This document shows positions 29,943-43,726 of a stretch of 64,000 nt of DNA, piece by piece. The notes below the pieces were generated by a model. The model did not search any database, was not told the DNA's origin, and saw nothing but the letters and a program-made list of their open reading frames with translations. The DNA comes from Basidiobolus meristosporus CBS 931.73 (Eukaryota; Fungi; Basidiobolomycota). Numbering within the stretch: position 1 is the stretch's first letter; every line of letters begins with the position of its first letter. The stretch covers positions 17,850 to 81,849 of the forward strand of contig MCFE01000396.1 of NCBI GenBank assembly GCA_002104905.1. Direction: 5' to 3'. The position numbers were made by a program, and so were the translations under genes.

Positions 29943-31546
29943 TCAATAGTCCTCGTCGTTACCGTGATCAAAGAGATAGTTGGCTGCTAGTTCCTCGTTC
30001 TTGTCGCAAGCAAAATAGGCCTCAATCACGCGCGCACGGTCAAATCCAAGTCCACATAACTTAAGAAGATGTTAGCATTGAGGGTCAAGCAACGCGGGTA
30101 AACTGGTGGGCTTACTCTTTCGATCGCCTCCTTCTCTTCCTGGGTAACTTGAATGGTATGGGCACCAGGGGGGATTCCATCACCTCCTTCGCCTCCCTCA
30201 CCACCCGCCTCGCTAAGCAGTTGCAGGAACGTATCTTGGTTGGCATTGATAAGCTACGTGGACATAAATAAGTTTCGTGAATGGTGTCGATGAACATTAA
30301 GTGTACGTACCTGGAGCAACTGTGGGTTTGCTTGGCCTAGTTGCTGTAGGAGTGGTTGTAAGAGTGCAGGGTTTTGTTGAACTAGCTGGCGCAGCTGTTG
30401 GAATTGAGGTTGAGATCTCAAGAAGGAAAGATCCCCACCACCCCCGGTTGCCTGGGGCTGAGCTCCTCTTTCCTGAGCAGCTTGCTGAGCAGCAGCAGTA
30501 AACAGATTCTGGGGTTGTCCTAGAGTGATGTTGATTAGCACGTGGATTCGAGGTTTGGCCGTTAGCTCAGTTACCTGAGGCAGGTGACGCTGGGACTTGG
30601 CTAGGGGTGTGCGCTTCTTGCTGGGCAGGTTGCTGGGTGTTTCCGAGCAAATGTTCAGGAATACCCTATGGGCAAAGGGAACCATGTGAGTAGGGTGCAC
30701 TCTTCTTGAAATCCATTTTCTTTACAGCATACGTTCATCAGGTATTCCACTGCTCTCTCAGGGTTATTGAAACTAGCTCTCAAAGCCTTGGTGACTTGCT
30801 CACGTTCAAAGCCCATCTCGATCATATTGTTAATGGCTGCCTCATACTCAGGTCCCGTCACTGTATCAAGAATTATGTCAGCATGGCTTTGGCGGTAAGG
30901 TTGGGAAGGCAAAGTGGTTACCAAGGCCATTGCCAGACTCCCATCCCGAGGAAGACGATTGTGTGGTGGTATTATCGGAGGTGGCAGTACTAGTAGTAGT
31001 GGTAATGGGAGCTGATGTTGCACTGGCTTCTGAAGCTGGTTTCTCCTCAACAACAGGGGCTGGAGCAGCAGCAGTGGTAGTTGGCGCAGTAACAGCGGGA
31101 GTAGCTGGTGCAGGAGATTTCGCCGCAGCAGGGGAAGCTTTTGGCTTTAAGAGGAATCAGGAATCGCTCACCACACAAGTTGATCTCAACACCCAAACAT
31201 ACCTTCGAAACCATAACCACCATGAAATCTTTTTCCGTGACGTTGCAGCTAGCTACGGTTTGGTCGTCGTTCAAAATCTTGCCTATTTAACAACGTGAGT
31301 TGACGAAACATTACCCAGACCGTTGACAAATAACCCCTCTAGTACCGGAAAAAATCAGCTTTTGGTGGGACACTTGGTGACCTTGAGATTGCTCGATCTT
31401 CTCTTTGAGGGTGGAAATCTAAAGCAAGCTCCTTGTTGAGAAGGAAGACCACGTTACAGTAGGGGGAATTGACAAGATACCTTGTCCTCGGGCTCGACAT
31501 CTATTTGGAAGGCTTTTTGTTGCAATGTCTTGATCGTGACCTTCAT
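29943..31546 (-). CDS. RAD23: UV excision repair / proteasome shuttle Rad23 (UBL-UBA-XPC-binding-UBA)
   Basis: [14 protein letters not shown]; [28 protein letters not shown]; [29 protein letters not shown]; second UBA ending ..[21 protein letters not shown]. Confidence 0.95.
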
Positions 31547-31910
31547 TATGAATGTATCAAGTGTTGTTGCGTTTAGAGAGTGGACAAGTAACTTCGAACC
31601 AAAAAATACCAAGAGCTTGATTACGTCAACAACAATATATCTCAGATCTCTTGGTAAGTCAACGTAATGAAATTATTTCACCCAGTTGATACCTCATTGT
31701 TGATCCCATTCCGTGAGTGATTCACTTCAAGTTAACTCGACTTCATCACATAACCCACTCCCGCAATCATGATGTCACCGCGCTTAATTGACTATCCTCA
31801 AAAGGCATCAGAAATGACAATGGTGACGGTGTGACCGGCATTTTAGTCAATCCCAAACATTTGGAATTTATAAGGGATTGGTTTTGCTGAGTACCTCATT
31901 TCTTCCACCT

Positions 31911-32441
31911 ATGTTCAACCGAACCAAGGACACACTTCCACAACACCAGGGGGACGTTCGCAACGGCGAGCGCCGCAAGAAGAAGAAAAAGATGAAGGTA
32001 AACGCGAAACAAGGCAAGAAACTCCTCGAGCACATACGCAAGATCACCCTATGGCTAGACCAGCACCCAACCTTACCTTTCGGTATTGGCTACGAGGCCG
32101 TGATCGGGCTCATCCCAGTGTTGGGGGATTTCTTTGGCCTCTTTGCCTCCCTGTACCTTTTCTTCCTTTCCTGCAGCTTTGGCTTGCCTTACTCATTGAA
32201 GGTACGCATGCTCCTGAATATTTTCTTTGACTGGCTCATTGGGATTACCCCTATCTTGGGGGATGCTCTGGATGCTATGTTTAAATCCAACTTGAAGAAC
32301 CTGAAAATGCTGGAGCGCCACATCGAACGTCATCAATTGTTAATAGAGGAGGAGGAGTGTGGTGGCCAACGACCGGTTGCTACACCGAACAGTCCCTTGC
32401 TTTCCCATCCAGGAAGCTCTCAGCAGACCAATCCGGTATAA
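31911..32441 (+). CDS. DUF4112 domain membrane protein, intronless
   Basis: LD..FGIGYEAVIGLIPVLGDF..RMLLNIFFDWLIGITPILGDALDAMFKSNLKNLKMLE is the typical family signature; TTTATAAG lies upstream. Confidence 0.8.
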   Translation: MFNRTKDTLPQHQGDVRNGERRKKKKKMKVNAKQGKKLLEHIRKITLWLDQHPTLPFGIGYEAVIGLIPVLGDFFGLFASLYLFFLSCSFGLPYSLKVRMLLNIFFDWLIGITPILGDALDAMFKSNLKNLKMLERHIERHQLLIEEEECGGQRPVATPNSPLLSHPGSSQQTNPV

Positions 32442-32734
32442 CGAACAACCAGCTAGGTTTTCAACGATTTTAATGAGTTACAGTTTAAAATGGCGAATCT
32501 CTTTTTCACGCTGAGAATTCTGCAGCTGGTATCTTACGTGCTCTTTGCCGATATCAAGGGTCATGTGTATAGTGTAGATAAATGTTGGCATTAGTTAATC
32601 CTTTTCTTGGACGGTGCGAGTGTGAATTCATTAACAAATAAAATTATACTCTAAATCTATGTTTATCCTAGAGAAACTACTGGATTGATTCTAATAAAAT
32701 TAAACTCCCTTGGCATTCGAATTTGGCTATCAGA

Positions 32735-35700
32735 TCACATCCGTCTAGCACCCAGCGAGCTTGGTTTCTTCTTGTCCCGTTGTTCGTTCAACCGCTAACA
32801 GGCATCGATGACATGAGTTCTATAAATACCACGCAAATTCATGTACCTGAGCGATGACCACTTACCGTGCGTCTCTCTTCACGCTTTTGGTTCGCCTCTT
32901 TCGGCTGGCTGGATTGTGTAACGTTTGTAGGTGTTAAGGGTTTGAATTTGTTTGGTGGCATGGCTGAGGAGCCCCAGTTATTGTTGTCATTATCCCAGTC
33001 TCCACCGAAATCTTCATCCCAGCCAGATGTATCCATGTCCCATGGATCTTGCTTGAAAAAAGTCGACGTGTTTTTTGGTTTGGGAGGTCCTTGCAACTTC
33101 ATACTAGCAAGCGCCATCGTTGCAGAGACGGGGGCATTTTTCTCTTTATACGGTTCAGGGGTGAGCGGGTTTGCTTTGACAAAAAATCAATGAGATTGAG
33201 CACAAGCCACTAAACCAACAATGTGGCACTTACCTAAGCCCTGTTTAGTATTGTAGCTACTGTAGGTGGAGGAGAAACCACCGAAACCACCTTCCTGCGG
33301 AGTGGCCATATTTGAGGTGTTTGCACAAGGGACGGGCTCTGAGTGTGGTGCTGGCGTAGAAGGAGAAGCGGCTTGAGAGTTGCTTGAAGATTCGGTATTG
33401 GGATTGGAATCGATAGTATCTGTAATCTAAGAAAAATCGAGGAATAAGTAGGACTTCATCGACAACGTATGCTTGTTGACCTATCCACCTTCTTCGTGAT
33501 AGACGACACGGCCCAGCCTGCCCAGCCCTCCTCTTGAGAGTTACCACCCTGGGCCTGCTTAGGAGCGCTCGCTGTTATGACGGTCGTATCGGGCTAAATA
33601 CACAAAGACAGTAGTGATTAAATATTTGATGAAAAGGTGAGGAAGATGCAATTGTTGGCCGAACCATTGAGTTGGCAACAGCCTCGAGCTTCTTTATGAA
33701 TATCCCTATGGCCTTGAATGCTTGGTCCCGAACGATCCTATTCGCGCAATTCCTGGTTAGTGTCTAGAAATGACAAACGAGTAAAGGAACACATCTACAT
33801 ACTTTTCCGAGTCGAGCAGGCACGAAGAAATGCAAGGAATGATTTTTGTGGCCTTCTCGGCAGGTTCATAATAATCCACAGTGGCTACACAAAATACGGT
33901 TCATTCATCGGATTAGAGTGAAGCATCAAGCATCCAAAATTACCACTGAGCGCCATCAAACTGGCCATTCTAGCATGAGGGAAAGGATCTCTCAGACTTT
34001 TTACAAATGCGCTACCCAAAGCATTTTTCTTATTCTGCGGTGAGCAGTGTCAGGAAAGGCCACCCATGAATCCAATAAATAAAGCTGACTTACAGAATCG
34101 TTCAGGCTACTAGCGATTTTCCCTAAGCAGATGATGGTATTCGTTCTGATGCCAGGTTGTTCGTCGATTTGCAATTTGGCCAAATAGCGCATGAGATCAT
34201 TATTAATGACTCTATCGCTTAGCTAAAGTACATTTTCATCAGAGGGATCCGATTAATTGAGACTGAGTATCCATCACACTACCTTAGGAATCAGCATCAA
34301 AACCGCTCTAAGAGTCTGCTCTCTTAACACCGGAACCGAATCAGTGAATCCAGAGGCCTGGTTATGAACACCAAGGAATAAGCACATGTTGAGTTTCGTG
34401 ACGCTTGCGGGGCACTTACGAAGTGAGGGAAAATCTTGTCATTAACAATCCTTTTGTCCAGGTGTTTGATGAAACTCCCAAGATTTTCTAAAAGACTCAA
34501 TCGAATGGTTCTATCGGTGACGCTGAACATCTTGACAACGGTGGGAAGCAACTGTGCTTCAAACTCTTTATCATCGAAATATTCACCGATCTTCATCATC
34601 AAACCAAGGGCTCTGGGTCCTCCAGAACCAAACTCCAAGGCCTTGGATAGCTCAGGGAGGATCTTGTATTTACAAAAGTCCTGTGGCAATTTATCCAAGG
34701 CGCTCTGCAAACCCCTAAGTCATAATTAGTATAAAGACGTATCTTTGCTTCCATGGAGATCCCTTACTTGAAGAAAGCTTCTTTCTCACTGGCTTCTTTC
34801 ACTGCAAAGTTCTCAAGAAACAGGTTGATTTGGATCAACTCATTCTGGAAATAGCCGTTGCTCATCAGGCCTCCATCAATAAAACTGGCCAAAGATAGGC
34901 GGCCTCGAGGCTCTGGAGCGAGTAGTGATTTGTATTGGTTGAAAAGATTCTGTATAATGTGCGGATTAGTCGAAGTAAGGCTTTTTTAACCGTTACATGC
35001 AATGTACCATAGGTATAGAGCCTCTCTGGTAAATTTGCTCGGGATAGTTGATATCACCGTTAAATGCCTCGTATATCATGCACCCATATTGCCAAGAATC
35101 AGTTACACCCGGCCCATAGCTAAGTTGAAAAAGTAAATTGATACGTCACGATACAATATCTTTAGCAATGCTAGTTACTCTTTGATTACTCTTGGAGAAT
35201 GCTTCTTGATTTCAGGGGTGGCATACTTGGCGAAATCCGGCATCAATTCGCCATAATTCTAATCAGTAGTGGATTGAGTGGTTAAGTGGATAGTCAAGCT
35301 TCTTAGATAAAAAGGCATTACCACAATAAACGGAGATTCTTCCTGGATGGATGAAAGTAGCTCGAAACCACCCAGCTTCCATTCTCCCGCCTTGTTGGTG
35401 AAAATAGAATTCACCCGAATATTTCCGTGCACTAGGTTACAGTCGGTGTTTAAGAATTTCACAGCGTTCTGAGTATTCTTTGGAATGAGTGCGAATCAAA
35501 GTAGCATCACTTCGAAGAAATAACCAACCGCAATTTTGTAAAATCCCCAGAAGAGGAGTTGACTGTCGTTGGTTGCCTTCAACTGTTGAGATAGTGGGAA
35601 GATGGGATCGGTGACTATATAGATGTATTCCTCAGTCTACCAAAAGTGATACAAGTTAGGCTATGCGAAAGGCGAAAGCAAGTGCCAGCGCTAAAAAACA

Positions 35701-36046
35701 GACCTCAATACCATCAAGGTAGCGAATCAAGTCTGGGTGTCGAAGCGTCTTCACTCTTTTAAAATGATTTCTAGCTAATGGAAGCAAATGTCGCTTGCTA
35801 ACACAGTCGAACGCAAAAATCGATACGGGTGAATTGTCGGCCTATGCTCGGTCGTTAAGTAACTACGAGTAACTGAATAAATGGTACATAAATTGAGGAT
35901 ACCTTTTTGACCCCTTCGTGCAACGACCAGATGGAAGCACCCTCATAGTCGTAATCTTTTTCCTTCAGCACGTAAGGAAAGGATTGATCTTGGCCGCTGA
36001 CAACTCGGGAGAGTGTTGATTTGACTAACCCCGAAAAATAGGACAT
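32735..36046 (-). CDS. CEX1: SCY1-like pseudokinase with HEAT repeats (SCYL1/Cex1), multi-exon
   Basis: WSLHEGVKK/ADNSPVSIF, KTLRHPD, LVHGNIRVNSIFTNKAGEWKLGGFELL, FCKYKILPEL, DRTIRLSLLENL, DEQPGIRTNTIICLGKIA; C-terminal low-complexity region and GARRM stop. Confidence 0.9.
35842..35902 (-). other. Candidate U12-type (minor spliceosome) intron, first intron of SCYL1/CEX1
   Basis: 5' splice site GTATCCTC, branch TTACTTAAC 14 nt from the 3' AG, no polypyrimidine tract; removal joins KK/ADNSPVS in frame. Confidence 0.45.
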
Positions 36047-36432
36047 TTCAACGGAGTTGGTGTAAGTCTTGGATACACTGGAACTAAGCTAGTGTAAATA
36101 TCACAAGTTATTTACTATTGGGCACGGAAAGCTCACTGCCTGTATGCTGTAAAGGCGAAAAAGCCAATGAGATTACTTGATTAATGTCGAGATAATGGTA
36201 AATCCATTCAAATCAGGTCTTCAATGCAACTTAGCTGGCTTCCAAATGAATGATATCTAAGAAACCCTAACCCTACACTTAGCAATTCTGTATTGAATCT
36301 AAAGTTGATCCGAAAATTTCTCGAGATTGGTGATTGGGCTAGGCACGTGACGCGACCACCTCGACTATATTCCAGATGCTGAGAAAAGTTTTCTCTACCA
36401 CCTGAAACTGCATTCTTTGTAGAGTTAACACC

Positions 36433-36606
36433 ATGGCCAAGAAAATTCAAGCTAAAGACTCTGGTAATGCCATCACCAAGTTCTTCAAGAACGAAATTTT
36501 TGCTGCTGACAAGCGCGCTGGAAACCTCAACGTAACATTCGGTGTGGCTGTTTTCGGTGCTAGCATCGCTCTCCTTCGTAACTTCGGTGATCTTCTTGCC
36601 GTTTGA
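36433..36606 (+). CDS. TOM6: Tom6-like small subunit of the mitochondrial TOM complex (57 aa, below the ORF-track cutoff)
   Basis: MAKKIQAKDSGNAITKFFKNEIFAADKRAGNLNVTFGVAVFGASIALLRNFGDLLAV: basic N-terminus, single C-terminal TM and FG..A..F/L..GD.L ending like fungal Tom6; accATGG start context. Confidence 0.65.
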   Translation: MAKKIQAKDSGNAITKFFKNEIFAADKRAGNLNVTFGVAVFGASIALLRNFGDLLAV

Positions 36607-37200
36607 ATTATCATCAAACATTTAGATTCGAGAAAAGCTCTTGGGTGGTAGTTCATATCTTCTTTGATTTGTGACACTCTCGAACGGACACGTTATTTGC
36701 ATTTGTATGTTGTATCATTCTTCATTAAACAACCAAGCGAATTCCCATAGGATTCGTGCATTTCGAAAATATTTATTCATTCGAACAATTTATACATATG
36801 AGCAGAGAAGGCCACCTTTTTATCAGCTGAACCTCAAGGTTAACAAGTTTCTCAGGTGGTATGCAAGGGGTCGTTCCAAATATACATGCTCAAGTAGATT
36901 ATATATTGACCATGAGAAACTAGCTAACATATATACCACCACCGTCCTGAATGAACAAGCAACTCAAATATTAGATTCGATTAGCATTGACATAATATGC
37001 TTCTATGCTCGGGTACGAAACAGCTAAAATTAAATCAAATCAATCATAATTGTGCAGATAAACAAACGTTATCTGCTTACAGAGATCTGGCAAAAAAAAA
37101 CAAATTTTCTCGATTGGGAATAGCTCAACATGGTATTATATTAGAAGAAACGTAAAGAAAAAATAAGAAGTCCATACCGTTGGTTTTTTGACAGCATAAT

Positions 37201-40200
37201 ATGGCTCAAGAAACGACGTCGGAAGAGTATGATTTTGATACTCTTCCAGATTTCTCCACCAAGTATAAGCTTTACGAGAACACCTATGAGCTCACTCGCG
37301 ACCTAACTACGGATCACATCGATGTAGTTGTCCAGGCGCTCCAACGTTTCCGTTATCAGTTGTCTCTAGACAATGAGGAATCCCTACGCGTATTTTTCAA
37401 CTACTTGAGTGAATCACCGGAATGCGAGGAATTGTTTAAAATCTGGGATTTGCAGCAAAAGAATTCTCTCCCACAACTGGAGGTTATTATTGTAGACGTC
37501 TTGGCCAGAGTGATTCGACTTACAAATACGCCTATCACTCGAGCCAACGGTGTGAATATTGCCCGTAGGGTATTCAGAAATTACCTGAAGACAGTATATC
37601 GGAACTTGTCGTCTGGTAGAGTTGGTTTGATATGTGCCACTATTGAGTTGCTTACCGCTATGACGAAGCACACTCTACAAACCACCAGGGAGATGATCGA
37701 TACGTTTAATTTCGAACTGAAGGCTCACTTCAAGCTGTTGAATATGAGGCAAAATCCCGATGTGGAATCGAAGAAACGCCAAAAGGACGTCCGTACGCTC
37801 TACATCAGATTTATTCTAGCATTTTTGGAGTGTGGAGATGCAAAGATGAAGGGTGAAGTGCTAGAGATCAAGGATTTCGTCAGCAGCCTTTTTAAGGGTC
37901 TATTCAAGGATTCCTACGAAGTGGTAGAGTATGTTCTTGGTGTATTTGAGAAACACATCGTTACAGACGGCGATGTTAAACGCTCCACTCTTACGAACTT
38001 CATGAACCAATACATTCTCGAACAACTTGTAAAGCTTTACGGAAGCAAAGAATCTTTAGAAGGGGATGACACCAAAACTGTCCCTGATCTGGTCCATCAG
38101 TTCTTGAGACTTCTTTGTTGCACTCCCGGCGTAGGACTGTGCTTTCACGATGCTGGGTGGTACCCATCGCACGTACTGTCCTCCTCCGACTCTGAAGGCG
38201 GCAAAGGTGTCCGTGTTCAGAACAGAGTGCTGCACAAATTTGTTAACACCTTAAGGCCCACTGATGATCTTAAGCAACAGGAGCTTGTCATTGGAATACT
38301 CCGGGCATGTCCTGAGCTAGTTCAACATTATTGGAACGCTTCACTCTTGAGTTTTGATCCGCGTCTGTCCTCCAAGTGGATCGCCAACATGAGTTTTCTA
38401 CACAAAGTGATTGCACTTCCTGTCCCTAAGCTTGAGCTTCATTCTACTGGATCCTTCTTGGCCAATCCTCCCCCGACTGGGAACATCGTGGAGAATATTC
38501 TGCCGGCTATCTTCAATCGGACTTTAGCAGGAAAATGTCTACAGCATACGAGTCCTTTGGTCAAGTACATGTCAACGTTGGTGCTCAATGTGGTATTCCG
38601 GAAGCTTCACGAAGTAACCAAGGCCATGAATGAGGTAGTCGAGGCTTTTGAAGAACCGTTCGGTAGTGCTACCGGTAAGGATTCCCAAAAAAAGCCACAG
38701 CAAATTAACGATCCAGCTAGAAAGTGGCGTTCCTCCATTCAAAGTGTTCGGGACGAAATCAAAAAACGAATTCCGGATTTCCAAATCATCATTTCTCTTC
38801 AACACTCCTGCTCAACAATGGACAAAAACTCACGAGCTAGCGGCGATGAAGAGGCAGCCGCTCGTGGAGAGATCCTTCACGAGTGTGTGCTCAGGCTGAT
38901 CAAGTACTATCAGCACTTCCTTCCCGATATTGTTCTTGAATCGAAGTTTGATTTTGGCAAACTGATCCCAGAGAATTTGAGTGTTCTCGCCGTGGAACTA
39001 CAAATCCATGTTCTCGAGATGCTAAAAGACATTCCGGATTTCAAGTGGTCTGGCAAAGCACCAGGCGCTAGCCATTCTCACCTGACCTCCTTACTTGTGC
39101 TATATTTGTCCTCACCTTATGTTCAAATTCAAGACATCACCCAGGAGATTCTAGTCAAATTACTATCAGAATCGGTTCTATTTGAGCATAACAAATATGA
39201 GGTGACCAAGTGGTTAACTGCATTGCCCAAACAGTTGGGCAACAAGGGAGCTAGCTTGGAGGAAAACCAGTTGAGTGTATTGTCCTTCTTGGATGATGTT
39301 GTATTGCAGTGCTTGCGGACTCCATACAAATATGTCGACGATGTGAATGCCATGCAAAAGCTCGCTACCGCCAAGTTGAGCACCACTACTGCCGACGAAA
39401 ACCAGATGGTTGTTGACGGCGAAGGTGCTGGTTCCGACACTCTGGCCTATCCTTACAGTCCATTACTTTGCACTGCCTTTGAGAAATTGAGATACATGTG
39501 GAAATCCGAAAAAACGGATAAAAAAGCCCTGGTGTCTGTGGCTTACTTTGTAAATCGGTTGGTCGTTTCACTTGCCCACATTCAAATTCTACCGTACGCA
39601 CTCTACGAAAGATTCAAGGTTCTCTGTGAAGATATCGAAATATCTTTGAAGGATTTCCACCAATCTGCCCAACTCCACGACGTCTCACAATGGAATGAAA
39701 AGGATTACATTGCCAACACCCTTTATTACCTATCTAGCCTGCTGTCTCCTGTGTACGACGAGAACACGCGATTTGTTTCCCAACACAAGCTTCCCAATCA
39801 GTTATCGCACTCATCGGACAAGAGCTGGGATAAGCGAGTTGACACTTTATTGAAATCTGAAAGTCTGGACGTAGAGCGTGCTCGGGAAGAATTCATTGGA
39901 TTGCTTTCGGGAATGCCAGTTTCGGTCTTTGATAGATATCTGAGAGCACTCGCGAGTTACTGCCGAGATCGTTTGGATTGGCCAAACTTTGACCCTCTCA
40001 CAGGGTATTGGGAGGCTCGACCAGTCGTAGATCTATCGATATTTGACCTGGATTCCGTCATCAAAGCATCAAAGAAGCAAGGTCAAGATGATAGAATCAT
40101 TCTTGATTTCCTTGGGCATCTTCCATTCTCCACACTGCTCAACCGTGTAAGCCCGACTATCATCAGTTCGTCACAGACTCTAGATATTTTATCTTCAGTC

Positions 40201-43200
40201 ATCTCAAAAGCACCTGCCTGGTCCCTGCTTAATGATTTGAAGCAAATTTTGACATCTATTTACTCTATGCTGATGCTCTCCAAGTCAACAAGCGAACAGC
40301 ATAGTAGCACAAGATATTATATCTGCGCTAGTTACTATCTGGTTAAATGCATTTTGGATAAGGCTAATGCTGAAGAATCCCATCAAGTCTTTGAACAATT
40401 CCTAGAAGCGGTGTTTGGACATTCTCTGGAAATCGACTTATACTTGGAGAACCAAAAAACAGTTCATGGAGTGGAGCTTCAGAAGGAAGATCTTGGACAG
40501 TTCACCTACTCGATCAGTGAGCTTCTTTATCAGTTCACTTTAAGCAACGCTCCTGCATCTGCATCACGTTTCTGGGTTCCCTACAAGATCAAAGTGGTAC
40601 AGGTTCTACTCGACGAGTTGCGATACATCGAGCTTAATCAAGAACCATCAATTAATCCTGAGGCTGTGGTCCTGTTCTCCATGTTTTCTCCTGTTTGCGA
40701 AGAAAGCGTCTTGAGTAACATCATGAACAGTTTGATCGCGATCAACTACGAGTCCATCATCGCCTCCAAAGATGCCGAATCATTTATCCCAATCTTTGTT
40801 AGTCTATTGTCGATAACGCTAAGTAGCACCTCCTTCACCAAGCAATCGACTTCCCTTATCGAGCGTTTTGTTGAGATTTCGATTAAGCTCTTGAGTAAGT
40901 TCTCGTCCAACCAGCTCGATGGTATCCTAAAGAATTGTGTAGAGGCGTTTGTACCACCGCTTGGTTATAAGGAAGAAACAAACCCAACTCGTAATGATTT
41001 TGTGAGAGCCGAGAATCAATTGTTCTCACAAATCCCTGCTTCTGTTGGGGAGCAACTGATGGATTTGAGTTTAAGAAGCCTCAACGACACACGAAGCAAA
41101 ATCCTCAACATGTTCATTCTTTCATCCGCAAAGTATAGATTGCGATTTGTTGAGTGGATGCTAGAAGTACTTGCCAAGAGTAATGCATTGGATCTTTCCA
41201 TTTACATGGAATCAATTGCCACATTCTTGTTTGTGCTTGGAGGTTCAGACAGAATTGAAGAGATAAGACTGAACGCGTTTGTAACCAACAAGGACCGCCA
41301 GTTGCTAACTGTTCTTGGAGAAAAGCTCGGCGATGACTTGGTTCAGAAAGTCAGTGAAGCGCAAACAACCCCTTCTCAAAGCTCGCAATTTTCTCATCTT
41401 TCATACGAAGCCGTATTACTTGCGTATATTTTACAAACATCCGATTCTGCTATCGCTAACCGCTTGAGCACCAGTGTCCTGGAGTCAAAATACGACAGCC
41501 TTACTCTGGATTCGCTGGTATTGGCGAGAATCGCTCTACGCAAGCAAGGAGCAGCCAATGCTGCATCAAGATACGTCGATTTCTGTCTTGAGACCGCTAC
41601 TCCAGACTACGATTTTGTCGATGATGACTTCCAGGCTAAGGATGACTTCGATAACTCTATCTTTGATCAACTGAATAGCCTTCTCAAGTTCTACTTCTCT
41701 CTTGATGGGTCTGATGTTAATAAGAAGGCCCTCACCAGATACGTAATCGAATCTGTCAAGAGAAGGCTAACGTGTAGTGCACGTGTTCAATCTATAATTA
41801 CTGCACTTGGAAAGCTTTCTGAAGTCGACAAATCGGCTTTAGTGGATGTAATCGAAGCCATATTTGCACATCATCGTTTCGAAGAACTTTACCGCGAGGC
41901 AGCCCATGATCCCGAGAACTGGAAGGCTTTCAAACTTAGCGTGGTGCGTCTAATTCATGCAACAGTCGTGTTGAACCCAGTTGGTTGCTCCAATGTGGAG
42001 TATCTGCCCAAGCTGTTGGGAATGTACGGTGCCTCAACCTCCAGCATTGACCGGTTGATTCTTCATGTTCTTTTTATGTATGAAGTGCACACCAAATCAT
42101 CCATGGGCAGTGCTGCTTTGCTCTGGGGTGCGGAGTCGACGTATTTACGCTTAGCTCGTCAGCAGCTGACTGACTCGGCCATAATCTTGGAGTCCTTATC
42201 CCAACTAGATCCCATGAAAATGCTGAACTCCGCCAGACGTTTCCCAGTTGATCAAAGCCTAGAGTTTTCCAAAGTCGCCACCTTCGAACAGCTGTGTCAT
42301 GAGCCATCGGGCCCATCGGATCCTGTCTATGATCCTTCGTTTGTACTTCCATTATTTGCTACACTTCATTCGTACGGTAATCAAATGGATTGCCGCAAGT
42401 TTATTGAAATTAACGGACTTGGGTACACTATTTCCTCGCTATCGTCTACAAAGCCAGAGATTCGTCGCATCGGATATTACATTCTCGACGAATTTTATGT
42501 CCTACTTGACACTGCCCAGTTCCGTGAAAAGCGACAAGTTACCCTACTGCTGGAAAGCTTCAAGAATGCCATCACCGACCGGGATACTCCTGCACGAGTG
42601 CCAGCCGTAGTTGTTGGCTTCATCACCCAAGCCCTGGCCGCCCTTCTTAAGCCAGACCATTTCATGTACCCATTGATTAACGGATTCCTCCTCCAGAGAC
42701 CCATATTCGACCTAAACGACATCCCTCTATTCTACAACCTATTCAACTCCTCCGCTGACCAGTACAAAAAGGAACGCTTGTGGATGCTACGATTATTGGC
42801 TTCTGGCTTAACCCATGCCGAGGATTTCCGAGTGTACAAACGTCGTCACGCACTTGACTTACTCATGGGGTATATGAACTCGCCTATCTGCGACTCGCTC
42901 CATCGTAAATTGATCTTTGAGACCCTGTTCCATGCGACTGCCATCCCATTCGTAGCTACGGACATGGTGGCCAACCATGGCCTGATAGCTTGGCTAAATT
43001 CGGTGGTTCTCAAGCACTCTACCCCAGGAAACGAAGTGATTGTTGCCACATTCAGACTTGTACTAAGAGCCTGCTTGAATGCTGATGTGAAGCGACTAGA
43101 GTGGCAGGCACCAAGCTGGATTGAACAGGTTCTTAGTCTCTGTACATGCGGCCTACAACTGATCTCTGGTAAGTGTTATGAAGCGATGCCACAACCATCT

Positions 43201-43617
43201 TAGTAATTAACCGATAATATCTCACCTGTAGATCTTCCAGCCGGGACGGAGACACCCTATCGTTACGCTTTGTTGAGTACCATCACTCAGATACTGCACT
43301 TCTTCGCTCTGGTTCAGCCAACGAAGACCACGCTTATGACATACCAGATACAGCTCGCCACTCGAATTCTGGTTTCCCTGGAGGGCCACAACCAAGCCCA
43401 CTCTTCCTCTAGCGATATCCGCTACATTGGCCGTACCGATGACCTCGGTTGGCTTTATCAAAGAGAGGGAATTGAACGGGCCAAGCTGGTCCAACAAATG
43501 TTCGAACTGGCGAACCTTGTCAAGGATCCCCAGTCCATTGTTCTCACTACAGCCAGGGATATATTCTACCATGGAAAGAGCGTAGACTGGATCTTAAAAT
43601 GTAGACATAATCTATGA
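37201..43617 (+). CDS. URB1: Nucleolar pre-ribosomal-associated protein Urb1/Npa1, about 2,120 aa, two exons
   Basis: Npa1 N-terminal region (DVRTLYIRFILAFL..FKGLFKDSYEVV..TPGVGLC..P.DDLKQQEL) and C-terminal NopRA1 motif YDPSFVLPL..MYPLINGFLLQRPIFDLNDIPLFY..KERLWMLRLLASGL. An intron near 43169-43231 joins to the last exon. Confidence 0.9.
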
Positions 43618-43726
43618 ATGAGTAGTTCATTTTGTTTCATATATCGTTGAATAAATAATAGACACATGGATTTATTTATATGGGTTGTTGTATGTACCAG
43701 AAGTTCATTTACAGGTTTTTACAAAA

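Noticed and set aside
37201-43168. About 6-kb uninterrupted URB1 exon among intron-dense genes (possible retrocopy or HGT)
   Set aside because: The gene has a normal 3' intron and is a conserved eukaryotic single-copy gene; long exons alone are not evidence.
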